Source: an uncultured Candidatus Saccharibacteria bacterium
GTDB taxonomy: Bacteria > Patescibacteriota > Saccharimonadia > Saccharimonadales > UBA4665
DNA length: 64,000 nucleotides
NCBI GenBank assembly: GCA_964541145.1
Contig: CAZIOX010000006.1
Coordinates: 1,899 to 65,898, forward strand
Reading direction: 5' to 3'
Shown here in pieces: positions 36,234-44,871 of this stretch. The first letter of the stretch is position 1. Each line of letters opens with the position of its first letter. The notes below the pieces were generated by a model, which saw only the letters and a program-made list of their open reading frames with translations, searched no databases and was not told the DNA's origin. The translations under genes were made by a program, and so were the position numbers.

Positions 36234-37000
36234 ATCTTAGACTCCTTCTTTGGGGCGGTTTTTTTGACTACTGGCTTTGTAGGAGTAATTGCCGTTTTCA
36301 CCTCGGATGGTTTTTTAACAGGGAATTCTTTTGCTTCATTTTGTACTGCGGAAACTTTGGTGTCAGCTTTTTTGCCCGCTTGTAAACTAGCGCGATGCTT
36401 TGTGGTTATCCAGTTTTTGCTGGGTACCAATGCTTCGAGTGCTTGAATAGTAGCGTAGGCAATATTCGTTTTGTTGCTGCTGCCCAGTGATTTGCTGAGC
36501 GCATTGCTGACGCCTGCAACTTCTAAAATCGTTCGCACAACGCCACCCGCGATCAAACCAGTACCAGCTGAAGCTGGCATAATGAGTATACGTGCGCCAG
36601 CAACCTTTGCTTCGACCTCGTGTGGCAGCGTGTCTTTGTAGAGCACCACTTTTACGAGGTGTTTTTTGGCGACTTCAGTCGCTTTGCTGACGGCGGCTGT
36701 AACATCTGCGCCTTTGGCAGTGCCAATCCCTACCTTGCCCTTACGGTCACCAACAACCACAAGTGCACGGAACCGGAACCGACGGCCACCCTTCACTACG
36801 CGGGCAACGCGATCAATGTGCACGACTCTTTCGTCGAAAGCTTTTTCTTCGGGAGCTTGCTGATTGCGATTGTCGCGTCGCGAACCACGGCCACTGCCGC
36901 CACCCCTTTGACCACCACGCTGCCCACCACCGTAGCGTCCACCCTGATTTTGTGCAGCCTGTTCGGCTGCAGCTTGTGCAACCTGTGCTTCTTCGGCCAT
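36230..37000 (-). CDS. rpsE: 30S ribosomal protein S5 with G/R-rich N-terminal and K-rich C-terminal extensions
   Basis: The core is ERVVHIDRVARVVKGGRRFRFRALVVVGD. The protein is 256 aa, against about 170 aa for a typical S5. Confidence 0.95.
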   Translation of the reverse strand: MAEEAQVAQAAAEQAAQNQGGRYGGGQRGGQRGGGSGRGSRRDNRNQQAPEEKAFDERVVHIDRVARVVKGGRRFRFRALVVVGDRKGKVGIGTAKGADVTAAVSKATEVAKKHLVKVVLYKDTLPHEVEAKVAGARILIMPASAGTGLIAGGVVRTILEVAGVSNALSKSLGSSNKTNIAYATIQALEALVPSKNWITTKHRASLQAGKKADTKVSAVQNEAKEFPVKKPSEVKTAITPTKPVVKKTAPKKESKI

Positions 37001-37001
37001 A

Positions 37002-37355
37002 TTAGAACTCCAATCCTTTCTCGCGCGCTGCGTCAGCCAAAGCTTTTATGCGGCCATGGTATTTACGACCACTCCGGTCAAATACTATTTTATCAATCTT
37101 GGTTTTTTTGGCACGACTTGCGATCTCTGCGCCAACCCACGTAGCCTTTTCGGTCATCGTTCCAACGGCGTCTTTTGCACCAACAGTTGTAACAGCAACA
37201 AGAGTTTTGTGAGTTGTGTCGTCAATAATCTGAGCGCTGATATTGGCGTTACTTATCGAGACGCTCAGTCGTGGGCGCTCACTCGTGCCCTTCAGGGTTG
37301 CACGAATGCGGTTTTTTCGCTGAGCGCGCTGGACTAATTTTTGGCTAAGGCTCAT
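37002..37355 (-). CDS. rplR: 50S ribosomal protein L18
   Basis: RPRLSVSISNANISAQIIDD...GRKYHGRIKALADAAREKGLEF. Confidence 0.95.
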   Translation of the reverse strand: MSLSQKLVQRAQRKNRIRATLKGTSERPRLSVSISNANISAQIIDDTTHKTLVAVTTVGAKDAVGTMTEKATWVGAEIASRAKKTKIDKIVFDRSGRKYHGRIKALADAAREKGLEF

Positions 37356-37356
37356 G

Positions 37357-37896
37357 CTATTTATCCTTTCCTGACTTACCGGACTTACGCAATATGCGTT
37401 CGTCGACGTACTTTATACCTTTGCCCTTGTACGGTTCTGGTTTCTTAAGGGCACGAATTTCAGCAGCGACCTGGCCGACCTGTTGTTTGTCTATGCCGCT
37501 AATGGTCATTTTGTTCTGCTCCACTACAACCTGGACACCTTGCGGTACTTTATAGATGACATCGTGGCTGAAGCCAATATTGAGCTTCAGGTCGGTGCCC
37601 TGCATAGCCACGCGGTAGCCGACACCGTTTAGTTCAAGCTGCTTGCTGAAGCCTTGGCTGACGCCTTGCACCATGTTGTGTATGAGGGCGCGCATGAGGC
37701 CGTGGGCGGCACGTACCTTGGGCATATCATTTGCCCGGGCGACAGTGAGGACACCGTCCTCAACCTTTACGGTAATATTCTCCAATTGTGGAGTTTCCAG
37801 ATTACCGTTCGCCCCAGACACTTTGATAGCGTCTGAGTCGACAGTGATTGTCACACCGCTTGGGATCTGGATGGGTAGTTTTCCTACTCGACTCAT
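37357..37896 (-). CDS. rplF: 50S ribosomal protein L6
   Basis: MSRVGKLPIQIPSGVTITVD. Confidence 0.95.
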   Translation of the reverse strand: MSRVGKLPIQIPSGVTITVDSDAIKVSGANGNLETPQLENITVKVEDGVLTVARANDMPKVRAAHGLMRALIHNMVQGVSQGFSKQLELNGVGYRVAMQGTDLKLNIGFSHDVIYKVPQGVQVVVEQNKMTISGIDKQQVGQVAAEIRALKKPEPYKGKGIKYVDERILRKSGKSGKDK

Positions 37897-37907
37897 TATG
37901 ATTTAGA

Positions 37908-37975
37908 GTTAAGAAGTATGAGTTATGAGTTAAGAGTTTTATGCTCTTATCTCTTTTCTCTTATCTCTTATCTCT
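37908..37975. repeat. Imperfect inverted repeat built from GAGTTAAGAG / CTCTTATCTC motifs
   Basis: The arms are gagttaagaagtatgagttatgagttaagag and ctcttatctcttttctcttatctcttatctct, with about 22 of 31 positions pairable and a perfect inner 9/10 stem. The motif is the same as in the repeats flanking the four-helix-bundle gene at 53.4-53.8 kb. Confidence 0.7.
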
Positions 37976-38113
37976 CCTTTCCTTTAGTTTACGATTCTTA
38001 TTCATGGAACGTATTATACCGGCCACTGCTCCTGCTATAATTACTGCCCCGAGTAAAATTCCAATAAATGCTTCTTGTCGAACATTATCCATAGCAGTCG
38101 TGGCAAAGTACAT
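37961..38113 (-). CDS. Small membrane protein candidate (50 aa, 1 TM) between rpsH and rplF
   Basis: My hand translation is MYFATTAMDNVRQEAFIGILLGAVIIAGAVAGIIRSMNKNRKLKERRDKR followed by a stop. The ATG lies 4 nt after the rpsH stop, and no SD is seen. Confidence 0.4.
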   Translation of the reverse strand: MYFATTAMDNVRQEAFIGILLGAVIIAGAVAGIIRSMNKNRKLKERRDKR

Positions 38114-38117
38114 AGTA

Positions 38118-38519
38118 TTAGTACACTTGGCAGATTAATTCTCCGCCAACTCCTTGTGCTTTAGCTTCTTCACCGGTCATTAAACCCTTACTCGTTGAAA
38201 TGATGAGCACGCCACGACCTCGTTTGACCTGTGGTACTTCGCGGGCATTTGTGTAGGCGCGGCGACCAGGCTTGCTGAGGCGTTTGATTTCTGTAATCTT
38301 GGCGTTTTCGCCGTCTAGATTGATGGTGATGTGGAGTCGCTTGCCAACAGTAAGGTCTTCGGTGCGAACATCGTGCAGGAAGCCGTTGTTACGCAAGGAA
38401 ATTGCCACATTTTCTTTAATCTTACTGTGCGGTAAGCTTACCTCGTTTTTGCCGACGGCAATTGCGTTGCGGACACGGGTGAGCATGTCGGATATAGGAT
38501 CGGTAGTCGTTACGCTCAT
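38118..38519 (-). CDS. rpsH: 30S ribosomal protein S8
   Basis: MSVTTTDPISDMLTRVRNAIAVGK. Confidence 0.95.
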   Translation of the reverse strand: MSVTTTDPISDMLTRVRNAIAVGKNEVSLPHSKIKENVAISLRNNGFLHDVRTEDLTVGKRLHITINLDGENAKITEIKRLSKPGRRAYTNAREVPQVKRGRGVLIISTSKGLMTGEEAKAQGVGGELICQVY

Positions 38520-38617
38520 ACGTTATCTCCTTTCTGATTTAGCAGAGAGCAGGTAGTAGATGGCAGAAATGCAGCATCCTGATACTTGTTATCTGAAGAA
38601 TGAAGTAAAGCGTTCAT
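38516..38617 (-). CDS. Bridging micro-ORF (33 aa), S14 stop to S8 start
   Basis: My hand translation is [33 protein letters not shown] followed by a stop. Its ATG overlaps the rpsN TAA (TAATG) and its TGA overlaps the rpsH ATG (ATGA). Confidence 0.3.
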   Translation of the reverse strand: MNALLHSSDNKYQDAAFLPSTTCSLLNQKGDNV

Positions 38618-38886
38618 TACCAGCTCGCTTTCGTTACACCAGGGATTTCGCCCTTGCTTGCATGTTCACGGAAGGACAAACGGCTCAGGCCGAACTGTCG
38701 CATGTAAGCATGTGGTCGGCCGGTTTCGACACAGCGGTTCTTCTTACGGGTCGGTGAAGAGTTGCGTGGCAGTTTCGCCAAACCTTCGTAATCACCAAGC
38801 TCTTTCAGTTCTTTACGCTTCGCAGCGTACTGCTCTATCATCTTCAGGCGTTTTTTATCGCGGGCTAGGTTCGATTTTCGTGCCAT
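38617..38886 (-). CDS. rpsN: 30S ribosomal protein S14, long Cys-poor form (89 aa)
   Basis: I moved the start to ATG 38886 ([20 protein letters not shown]). The C-terminus is [27 protein letters not shown]. Confidence 0.9.
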   Translation of the reverse strand: MARKSNLARDKKRLKMIEQYAAKRKELKELGDYEGLAKLPRNSSPTRKKNRCVETGRPHAYMRQFGLSRLSFREHASKGEIPGVTKASW

Positions 38887-38996
38887 TATATAGCTCCTTT
38901 CAGTCGTAGAGTCATGAAGCATGAAGCACCAGTCATGAAATCTGCTTTGCAGCTGGTAACCATACCTTGTCTCTTGTTTCTTGTCTCTTGTCTCAT
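38886..38996 (-). CDS. Bridging micro-ORF / 111-nt repeat element copy 1 (36 aa), L5 stop to S14 start
   Basis: My hand translation is [36 protein letters not shown] followed by a stop. It has an ATGA overlap with the rplE stop and a TAATG overlap with the rpsN start. It is about 80% identical, without gaps, to 43527..43637. Confidence 0.4.
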   Translation of the reverse strand: MRQETRNKRQGMVTSCKADFMTGASCFMTLRLKGAI

Positions 38997-39592
38997 TTTG
39001 ATTCCTTTTCAAACGGCATACCAAACTTCTGCAGCAGTGCCTTACTGTGAGCCTTGTCTTCGCACTTCACGACAAATACAGCTTGCAAGCCGTGCGGCGT
39101 GGTCGTTTCCTCAAAGGTCAGCTCCGGGAAGACGCTCTGATCGGTCAGGCCAATACTGTAGTTCCCTTGCTTGTCAAATGCTTTTAGTTTCACCCCGCGG
39201 AAGTCGCGCAGACGCGGAAGTACGATGTTGATGAGTCTGTCCATAAACTCGTACATTCGCTCGCCCCGTAGTGTCAATCTTAACCCAATCATATTGCCTT
39301 CGCGCAACTTAAAGCCGGCGATAGAGTTTTTTGCGACGGTTTCAACTGGTTCCTGACCAGTGACTTTACGCAGCGTGTTTTTGGCGGCTTCAATCGTCTT
39401 CTTGTCTTCTTTGGCTCGACCAAGACCGACATTGACTACAATTTTTTCGAGCTTCGGCACCTGATGGGCGTTTTTCAGCCCAAGCTCTTTCATAAGCTCT
39501 GCCGCAAACTTCTCGTTGTACTCATTTTTCAGACGAGCAACATACGGTTTTATTGCCTTCTTGGGAGCAGGTTTTTTTGTCGTTTCAGCCAT
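38993..39592 (-). CDS. rplE: 50S ribosomal protein L5
   Basis: [39 protein letters not shown]. Confidence 0.95.
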   Translation of the reverse strand: MAETTKKPAPKKAIKPYVARLKNEYNEKFAAELMKELGLKNAHQVPKLEKIVVNVGLGRAKEDKKTIEAAKNTLRKVTGQEPVETVAKNSIAGFKLREGNMIGLRLTLRGERMYEFMDRLINIVLPRLRDFRGVKLKAFDKQGNYSIGLTDQSVFPELTFEETTTPHGLQAVFVVKCEDKAHSKALLQKFGMPFEKESK

Positions 39593-39963
39593 TATAGTAC
39601 CTTCGCTCCTTTCTTAGTCGCAGGCTTCTTTGCTAGAACTTCGACCTTGATTTCCTTGCCGGTTGCCTTGTAGATGCGGGTTTTGCCGCCATCTTTATCG
39701 AGCGTGTAGCCTATGCGTGTTGGCTTCTTGGTGCTTGGATCGACCACAGCAACCTTGCTTACCCAAATAGGTTTCGTAATCTCTAGAATACCGCCTTGCG
39801 GATGTGCTTGGTTCGGCTTCTGGTGCTTTTTGACGATGTTTATACCTTCGACAGTCACCTTATTTTCGGCAGCGTGCGTGGTCAGGACCTTGCCTTGTTT
39901 GCCCTTGTACTTGCCGCTCAGAACTTGTACTACATCACCCTTCTTTAGTCGTATCTTGTACAT
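39592..39963 (-). CDS. rplX: 50S ribosomal protein L24 (possible 12-codon N-terminal extension to 39999)
   Basis: MYKIRLKKGDVVQVLSGKYKGKQGKV starts at ATG 39963. An in-frame ATG at 39999 overlaps the rplN stop (TAATG) and would add [12 protein letters not shown]. Confidence 0.9.
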   Translation of the reverse strand: MYKIRLKKGDVVQVLSGKYKGKQGKVLTTHAAENKVTVEGINIVKKHQKPNQAHPQGGILEITKPIWVSKVAVVDPSTKKPTRIGYTLDKDGGKTRIYKATGKEIKVEVLAKKPATKKGAKVL

Positions 39964-39998
39964 TTTCTTGTCTCTTGTTTCTTGTCTCTTGCTTGTCA

Positions 39999-40367
39999 TT
40001 ACAGTACCTCCGGTGCAAGGCTGATGATTTTGGCATAGCCCATGTCGCGCAGTTCGCGAGGTACCGGTCCAAAAATACGTGTTGCCTTTGGCTGCTTGTC
40101 GTCACCGACAATGACCGCTGCATTATCGTCAAACTTTATGGTGCTGCCATCTTTACGCTTGATTTCTTTCGTGGTGCGTACCACTACGGCACGTACCACT
40201 GATTTCTTTTTTACCCCACCACTTGGGTTCGCTTGCTTGACCGTGGCGGTTATGATGTCACCCACTCGAGCATATCGCCGACGCGTTCCACCAAGCACAC
40301 GTATGCAGAGAATTTCCTTGGCGCCGCTATTGTCGCAGACGACGAGGCGCGTTTCTTGCTGAATCAT
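39999..40367 (-). CDS. rplN: 50S ribosomal protein L14
   Basis: [27 protein letters not shown]. Confidence 0.95.
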   Translation of the reverse strand: MIQQETRLVVCDNSGAKEILCIRVLGGTRRRYARVGDIITATVKQANPSGGVKKKSVVRAVVVRTTKEIKRKDGSTIKFDDNAAVIVGDDKQPKATRIFGPVPRELRDMGYAKIISLAPEVL

Positions 40368-40480
40368 TATTTGGCTCCTTCTAGTCGCAGAATCATGCAG
40401 CTTGAGTCTTGAGACAGGACAGCTGTTTTAGGGCTGAGAAGCGTTAACCGATGAGACATACTGCTTGATTTGTCATTCAT
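40367..40480 (-). CDS. Bridging micro-ORF (37 aa), S17 stop to L14 start
   Basis: My hand translation is [37 protein letters not shown] followed by a stop. It has ATGA and TAATG overlaps. Its 3' 30 nt resemble the 111-nt elements. Confidence 0.35.
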   Translation of the reverse strand: MNDKSSSMSHRLTLLSPKTAVLSQDSSCMILRLEGAK

Positions 40481-40788
40481 GATTCAGTCTCCTTTTTTGG
40501 CTTATCAGTTACGCCTGGCACTTCTACGGCAGCTTCGACGTGCTTCACTTCGGCAGTTTCAATGATGGATTGCAATGTAAACCTTTTTCGCTTGCTGATT
40601 GGTCGTGTTTCGACCACCACCACCTTGTCGCCGAGCTTTGCTTCGTTCTTTTCGTCATGCGCGATAAACTTTTTGCTCGTAGTATATTGCTTTCGGTAAA
40701 GCGGATGGGTCTTTTTCTCACGAACGGTAATGACAATGGTCTTGTCTGACTTGTCGCTGGAGACGACACCGGTAATTGTCTTGGCCAT
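40477..40788 (-). CDS. rpsQ: 30S ribosomal protein S17
   Basis: GVVSSDKSDKTIVITVREKKTHPLYRKQ. Confidence 0.95.
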   Translation of the reverse strand: MAKTITGVVSSDKSDKTIVITVREKKTHPLYRKQYTTSKKFIAHDEKNEAKLGDKVVVVETRPISKRKRFTLQSIIETAEVKHVEAAVEVPGVTDKPKKETES

Positions 40789-40988
40789 TATTTTGCCTCC
40801 TTGACTAGGTTATCGCTTAAGACGGTCAGCATACGAGCAAGATCCTTGCGCTTATTGCGAACGGTTCGCACATTTCGGTTGTCACCCATGTAAATGTGGC
40901 GACGCAGTTCGGCTATTTCGTCTTTTAACTTGGTTGTTTCTTTCGTGAGCTCAGCCGTGCTGAGTTTGCGAATATCAGCAATTTTCAT
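40788..40988 (-). CDS. rpmC: 50S ribosomal protein L29
   Basis: [35 protein letters not shown] overlaps occur at both ends. Confidence 0.9.
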   Translation of the reverse strand: MKIADIRKLSTAELTKETTKLKDEIAELRRHIYMGDNRNVRTVRNKRKDLARMLTVLSDNLVKEAK

Positions 40989-41401
40989 TATGCGCCCTCC
41001 TTCACCAAGAATTTTGTCTTTACGGGCAATTTATGACTTGCTAGACGCATGGCTTCTCGGGCGGTTTCTTCCGAAACGCCTTGCATTTCAAACAGCACCG
41101 TACCGGGTCGTACTTTGGCCACGAAAAACTCTGGGCTTCCTTTGCCACTACCCATTTTGACGTCAAGTGGCTTACGGGTAACTGGTGTATGCGGGAAAAT
41201 TCTGATCCAGATTTTGCCACCACGCTTGATATAGCGAGTCATGGCCTGACGGCTTGCCTCGATCTGTCGGCTCGTAATGCGTTCGTGCCCTTGTGCCTGC
41301 AGTGCGTATTCACCGTAAGCAATGTAGTTTCCAGCTGTCGCCACTCCACGAACTTTGCCTTTGCGAACTTTGCGGAATTTGGTTCTCTTTGGTAGTAACA
41401 T
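40988..41401 (-). CDS. rplP: 50S ribosomal protein L16
   Basis: I moved the start to ATG 41401 ([19 protein letters not shown]). Confidence 0.95.
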   Translation of the reverse strand: MLLPKRTKFRKVRKGKVRGVATAGNYIAYGEYALQAQGHERITSRQIEASRQAMTRYIKRGGKIWIRIFPHTPVTRKPLDVKMGSGKGSPEFFVAKVRPGTVLFEMQGVSEETAREAMRLASHKLPVKTKFLVKEGA

Positions 41402-41402
41402 C

Positions 41403-42029
41403 TTAGTTTTCCCCCTTGTAGATCCAGACCTTGACGCCGATAACGCCGGCAATGGTCTGAGCCTGTACGCTGGCGAAGTCAATATTGGCACGGATAGTGT
41501 GCAGTGGCACTGACCCAACCGCTTCTTTTTCGCGACGTGACATTTCTGCGCCGTTCAAGCGACCAGCCACTTCTATACGCACACCCTTTGCGCCAGCGCG
41601 CATGGTAGCGGCGCTCGCACTTTTAATTGCTCGGCGGAAACTCATACGGCGTTCGAGCTGATGAGCAATGTTCTCGGCGACAAGCTTTGCATACATCTCT
41701 GGTTTTTTGACTTCCTCGATGTTGACACGAGCTGGTACGGCATAGATTTTTTCGATAGCTGCTTTGAGCTCCTGGGCACCTTGGCCACCACGGCCAATCA
41801 CCACACCAGCCTTGGCCGTTGCGATAGTGACTGTCACGAGGTTCGGTGAGCGCTCTATATCTACTTTATTGATTGCGCCACGTGAACCAAACTTGGCTTG
41901 GATTAGCTTGCGAACCTTGAGATCTTGAGCGAGGTAGTCAGCGTACTGACGCTTGCCAACGAACCACTTACTTCGCCAATCTTTGTTGGCCTGCAAGCGC
42001 ATAGAAATAGGATTTACTTTCTGGCCCAT
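41403..42029 (-). CDS. rpsC: 30S ribosomal protein S3
   Basis: [23 protein letters not shown]. Confidence 0.95.
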   Translation of the reverse strand: MGQKVNPISMRLQANKDWRSKWFVGKRQYADYLAQDLKVRKLIQAKFGSRGAINKVDIERSPNLVTVTIATAKAGVVIGRGGQGAQELKAAIEKIYAVPARVNIEEVKKPEMYAKLVAENIAHQLERRMSFRRAIKSASAATMRAGAKGVRIEVAGRLNGAEMSRREKEAVGSVPLHTIRANIDFASVQAQTIAGVIGVKVWIYKGEN

Positions 42030-42418
42030 TACTTGCTCTCCTTCTTTACAGTCGGTTTCTCGACTGCTGGTTTTTTAGCAGGTCGTTGCTCGCCGTCTAC
42101 GAGTACGCGGATGTGTGAGGAACGCTTCATATAGGGCAATGCTCGCCCCATAGCCGCCGGTCGGAAACGCTTCATGCGAGGGCCATGATTTACTGTGATT
42201 TCAGTTATACGAAGTGTGTCTGCCTTGTAGTTGTGATTATGGGCAGCATTTGCCTGTGCACTTTTGACCGTCTTTAGAACGGATAGTGCAGCGCGGCGTG
42301 GGGTGTGTTCAAGGATAACGATGGCGTCTGCAACCGTGCGGCCACGAATGAGTGCCGCAACTGCTGCAACCTTACGTGGGCTCAAACGAACGCCTTTAGC
42401 TTCTGCTTTTACACTCAT
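42029..42418 (-). CDS. rplV: 50S ribosomal protein L22
   Basis: AKGVRLSPRKVAAVAALIRGRTVADAIVILEHTPRRAA. Confidence 0.95.
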   Translation of the reverse strand: MSVKAEAKGVRLSPRKVAAVAALIRGRTVADAIVILEHTPRRAALSVLKTVKSAQANAAHNHNYKADTLRITEITVNHGPRMKRFRPAAMGRALPYMKRSSHIRVLVDGEQRPAKKPAVEKPTVKKESK

Positions 42419-42420
42419 GT

Positions 42421-42693
42421 CTATTTGCCCTTCGCTAACTTCCCGCCATGAGAGCGGAACTTACGGGTTGGGCTGAATTCGCCCAGTTTGTGACCAACCA
42501 TGTTTTCTGTCACGAAAACTGGTACATGCACCTTACCATTATGAACGGCAAAAGTTTTGCCAACAAAGTCCGGTGCAATCGTGCTGGCACGCGCCCAAGT
42601 TTTTATAATGGTGCGATCCTCTGAGCCAAGCGCCGCAACTTTTTTCGCGAGCTTCGGATCGATAAATGGCCCTTTCTTCAGTGAACGACTCAT
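42421..42693 (-). CDS. rpsS: 30S ribosomal protein S19
   Basis: [19 protein letters not shown]...[17 protein letters not shown]. Confidence 0.95.
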   Translation of the reverse strand: MSRSLKKGPFIDPKLAKKVAALGSEDRTIIKTWARASTIAPDFVGKTFAVHNGKVHVPVFVTENMVGHKLGEFSPTRKFRSHGGKLAKGK

Positions 42694-42696
42694 AGC

Positions 42697-43527
42697 TTAT
42701 TTCCTCTTGGCCGCGTGGCGGCTTCTTACGATCATATTGCTTGTACTCTTACGTCGGCGCGTCTTAAACCCAAGTGTCTTCTGACCCCAAGGGGTACGAG
42801 GCGCTTTGGCCATACGGTGACGACCACCATCACCACCACCGTGCGGGTGATCGACTGCGTTCATGACGACACCACGGACACCAGGGCGCTTTCCCAGATG
42901 ACGGTTGCGGCCGGCTTTACCAATTTTGACATTTTGGTGCTGTTCATTGCCTACGACACCGACAGAGGCAGTGCACACGAGCGCAACTTTCCGAACCTCA
43001 CCACTCGGCATGCGTACCTGGGCATAGTCACCTTCTTTTGCCATCAACATAGCACTGTTGCCGGCACTGCGGACAGCTTGGGCGCCACGACCAGGCTTGA
43101 GTTCGAGTGCGTGAATGGTGGTGCCAACTGGTATATTTTTAAGCGGTAGCCGGTTGCCCATCTCAATAGCGGCCTCGGCGTGAGCTACAAGCTTTTGACC
43201 CTGATGCATGCCACCAGCTGCAAGCACATAGTGGTAGACACCTTTGTCGTCTTTGACGCGGGCAATACGAGCACTGCGGTTGGGATCGTATTCGATGTGT
43301 TCGACAACGCCTTCACCAGAAAAACTGAAGTTTACCACTCGGTAGTGCCGACGGGCACCACCGCCCTGGTGGCGAGTCGTTATGCGACCCTGGTTATTGC
43401 GACCACTGCCGCGCTTCATACTTTTTACAAGTGAGCGTACAGGTTTTTTAGTCGTCACGCCAGAGAAATCTTGACTAGACATACCGCGTCGACCTGGAGT
43501 CGTTGGGTTGTACTGTTTAATCGCCAT
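42697..43527 (-). CDS. rplB: 50S ribosomal protein L2
   Basis: I moved the start to ATG 43527 (MAIKQYNPTTPGRRGMS). Also present: VMNAVDHPHGGGDGG. Confidence 0.95.
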   Translation of the reverse strand: MAIKQYNPTTPGRRGMSSQDFSGVTTKKPVRSLVKSMKRGSGRNNQGRITTRHQGGGARRHYRVVNFSFSGEGVVEHIEYDPNRSARIARVKDDKGVYHYVLAAGGMHQGQKLVAHAEAAIEMGNRLPLKNIPVGTTIHALELKPGRGAQAVRSAGNSAMLMAKEGDYAQVRMPSGEVRKVALVCTASVGVVGNEQHQNVKIGKAGRNRHLGKRPGVRGVVMNAVDHPHGGGDGGRHRMAKAPRTPWGQKTLGFKTRRRKSTSNMIVRSRHAAKRK

Positions 43528-43637
43528 TATGCAGCTCCTTTCAGTCGCAGAGTCATGAAGCATGAGTTACGAGTCATGACAGATGCCATGCAGATGTTCT
43601 CTAGTTCTTGTCGGCTGTCTCTTGTTTCTTGTCTCAT
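43527..43637 (-). CDS. Bridging micro-ORF / 111-nt repeat element copy 2 (36 aa), L23 stop to L2 start
   Basis: My hand translation is [36 protein letters not shown] followed by a stop. It has an ATGA overlap with the rplW stop and a TAATG overlap with the rplB start. Confidence 0.4.
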   Translation of the reverse strand: MRQETRDSRQELENICMASVMTRNSCFMTLRLKGAA

Positions 43638-44059
43638 TTTGATTCCTTCTTACCGACGAGTTTTTTCAGACCCTTCGGCTTGGATACGTTTTCTTCAGAC
43701 TTTTTGTCTGCTTTCTTCGCAGCTTTGGCCTTTTCAGCTTCAGCTTTGGCAAGTTCTTCTTCGGCCGCGGCAAAAAATGGCAAATGGCTTCCGGCTTCCA
43801 GGGTCACATAGGCTTTTTTGGTGTCGGGCTGTGTACCTTTGCGATTGCTGCTGCGTTTGCCAGTTGTATTCATGACGCGCTTTACTTTGCCCTTGCGATT
43901 GACAACTCGAACGCTTTGTACCTTGACGTCAAACTGCTTTTCAACCGCATCTGCCACTTCGTATCTGTTGATTTCACTTGGGATGTCAATAACAAAGGTG
44001 TTCGTCGTTTGGCTTAGACCAAAGGCCTTCTCACTCAGTCGTGGTTTGAGAGTATGCAT
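43634..44059 (-). CDS. rplW: 50S ribosomal protein L23 with K/A/E-rich C-terminal extension
   Basis: I moved the start to ATG 44059 (MHTLKPRLSEKAFGLSQ), 1 nt after the rplD stop. Confidence 0.9.
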   Translation of the reverse strand: MHTLKPRLSEKAFGLSQTTNTFVIDIPSEINRYEVADAVEKQFDVKVQSVRVVNRKGKVKRVMNTTGKRSSNRKGTQPDTKKAYVTLEAGSHLPFFAAAEEELAKAEAEKAKAAKKADKKSEENVSKPKGLKKLVGKKESK

Positions 44060-44060
44060 A

Positions 44061-44720
44061 TTATTTCTCCTCCTTCGCGACTTTTGCGACTGGCTTGAGC
44101 CAAGATTCAACTGTTTTAAGTGCATCGGTCGTCAGCACAATGTGGTCGGCATTCAAAATGTCGAATACGTTGAGGTAGCTGGCGCTCACCAGCATGACAT
44201 TTTGGAGGTTAGCAGTCGCGTTTACGAGTTCTGGTGTTTTACTATCCACGACGACGAGAGCGTCGCGCGTGACACCGAGTTTGATGAGCAGTTTTGCCAT
44301 TTCGGCAGTTTTACCTTCTTTGCTCGAAAGTTTTTCGACGACAATGAGTTTGCCATTTTGATTGGCTAAGCTCAGTGCCTGTCGCAGCGCCACGCGCTTG
44401 CTGGTAGTGGAAATCTTGACAGTGTAGTTTTCTAGTCCAGTAGGACCAAAGACAATACCACCGCCACGCCAAATTGGGTTGCGTGAGCTACCGAAACGCG
44501 CCCGACCGGTGCCCTTCTGCTTCCATGGCTTCTTACCGCCACCACGAACGAGTCCACGAGTTTTTACGACGGCGAGATTCTCGCGACCATTTGCAAGATA
44601 CGCATCATAGGCTTGTTTGAGTAACTGATGGTTTTTTACTTCCACGCCGAACACTTCACGGCTTAGTTTGGCTGCGGTTGCAGCTTTGGTGCCTGCAGCA
44701 CTAAATGTAGGAGTAGCCAT
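44061..44720 (-). CDS. rplD: 50S ribosomal protein L4
   Basis: [29 protein letters not shown]. Confidence 0.95.
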   Translation of the reverse strand: MATPTFSAAGTKAATAAKLSREVFGVEVKNHQLLKQAYDAYLANGRENLAVVKTRGLVRGGGKKPWKQKGTGRARFGSSRNPIWRGGGIVFGPTGLENYTVKISTTSKRVALRQALSLANQNGKLIVVEKLSSKEGKTAEMAKLLIKLGVTRDALVVVDSKTPELVNATANLQNVMLVSASYLNVFDILNADHIVLTTDALKTVESWLKPVAKVAKEEK

Positions 44721-44869
44721 TAGAACGCACCTCCTTTTTGGATTAGCGTGTCACCTCTGACCTGTGTGGTAACAGTAGTAATGAACCTGTCACTATTGGT
44801 GCGAGATTCATGACTAATGGTTACAGGCGAATGTTTGGTGACAGGTAACAGGGAAATGGATAATTTCAT
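44720..44869 (-). CDS. Bridging micro-ORF (49 aa), L3 stop to L4 start
   Basis: My hand translation is MKLSISLLPVTKHSPVTISHESRTNSDRFITTVTTQVRGDTLIQKGGAF followed by a stop. The ATG lies 2 nt after the rplC TAA, and the TAA overlaps the rplD ATG (TAATG). Confidence 0.3.
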   Translation of the reverse strand: MKLSISLLPVTKHSPVTISHESRTNSDRFITTVTTQVRGDTLIQKGGAF

Positions 44870-44871
44870 AG

